This document shows positions 63,701 through 64,000 of a stretch of 64,000 nucleotides of DNA, piece by piece. This DNA comes from Eledone cirrhosa (Eukaryota): assembly GCA_964016885.1 (NCBI GenBank), contig OZ024742.1, positions 365,366,001 through 365,430,000 on the forward strand. The letters run 5' to 3'. Each line of letters opens with the position of its first letter. The stretch's first letter is position 1. The notes under the pieces are model-generated. The model was not told the origin of the DNA, did not search any database, and saw nothing but the letters and a program-made list of their open reading frames with translations. A program made the position numbers and the translations under genes.

Positions 63701-64000
63701 CAAACCACATCAGGTAAACCCCAAATACAACGACCCACCAAACCACATCAGGTAAACCCCAAATACAACGACCCACTAAACCATATCAGGTAAACCTCAA
63801 ATACAACGACCCACCAAACCACATCAGGTAAACCCCAAATACAACGACCCACCAAACCACATCAGGTAAACCCCAAATACAACGACCCACCAAACCACAT
63901 CAGGTAAATCCCAAATACAACGACCCACCAAACCACATCAGGTAAACCCCAAATACAACGACCCACCAAACCACATCACGTAAACCCCAAATACAACGAC
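36691..64000 (+). repeat. 38-bp tandem satellite array (consensus CAGGTAAACCCCAAATACAACGACCCACCAAACCAYAT), about 720 copies, continuing past the window end
   Basis: Continuous head-to-tail repetition seen directly. The CCATAT variant has 17 A, 14 C, 3 G and 4 T, so it is strongly strand-asymmetric. Many units near the left edge (~36.7-37.5 kb) are 39 bp (ACCGAAACC); the interior is 38 bp with occasional 37-bp units. Confidence 0.99.

Noticed and set aside
36691-64000. CRISPR array
   Set aside because: There are no unique spacers; units are directly head-to-tail, there are no cas genes, and the context is eukaryotic.
36691-64000. Telomeric or telomere-substitute repeat (GGGGTTT-like tract on the minus strand)
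   Set aside because: The unit is 38 bp, not TTAGGG. Polarity is also opposite to a telomere at the right end, where the G-rich strand should be the plus strand.

Overview
Eukaryotic, AT-rich, repeat-saturated DNA, most likely from a coleoid cephalopod (Octopus-like). That assignment is an inference from the abundant (TA)n/(CA)n/(TC)n microsatellites and the tRNA-derived SINE motifs. Positions 1-36.6 kb hold many SINE copies, a degenerate minus-strand Penelope-like (PLE) RT fragment (~15.1-16.3 kb), and a PLE with GIY-YIG endonuclease and terminal direct repeats (31.5-34.4 kb). They also hold a head-to-head L1/Tx1 ORF1(-)/ORF2(+) pair (23.8-29.3 kb), several (TA)n-inserted fold-back elements and several minimal hammerhead-ribozyme (HHR) motifs. 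From 36,691 to the window end there is a >27 kb tandem array of a 38-bp unit (about 720 copies) with higher-order block duplications. The most striking observation is that this array appears to be an amplified exon-intron junction. It grows out of the 3' end of a putative 63-nt phase-0 exon, nearly every unit carries a CAG|GTAAAC 5' splice site, and the first units are 39 bp and frame-preserving. No host gene could be named, and almost all ORF-track entries are microsatellite artefacts.
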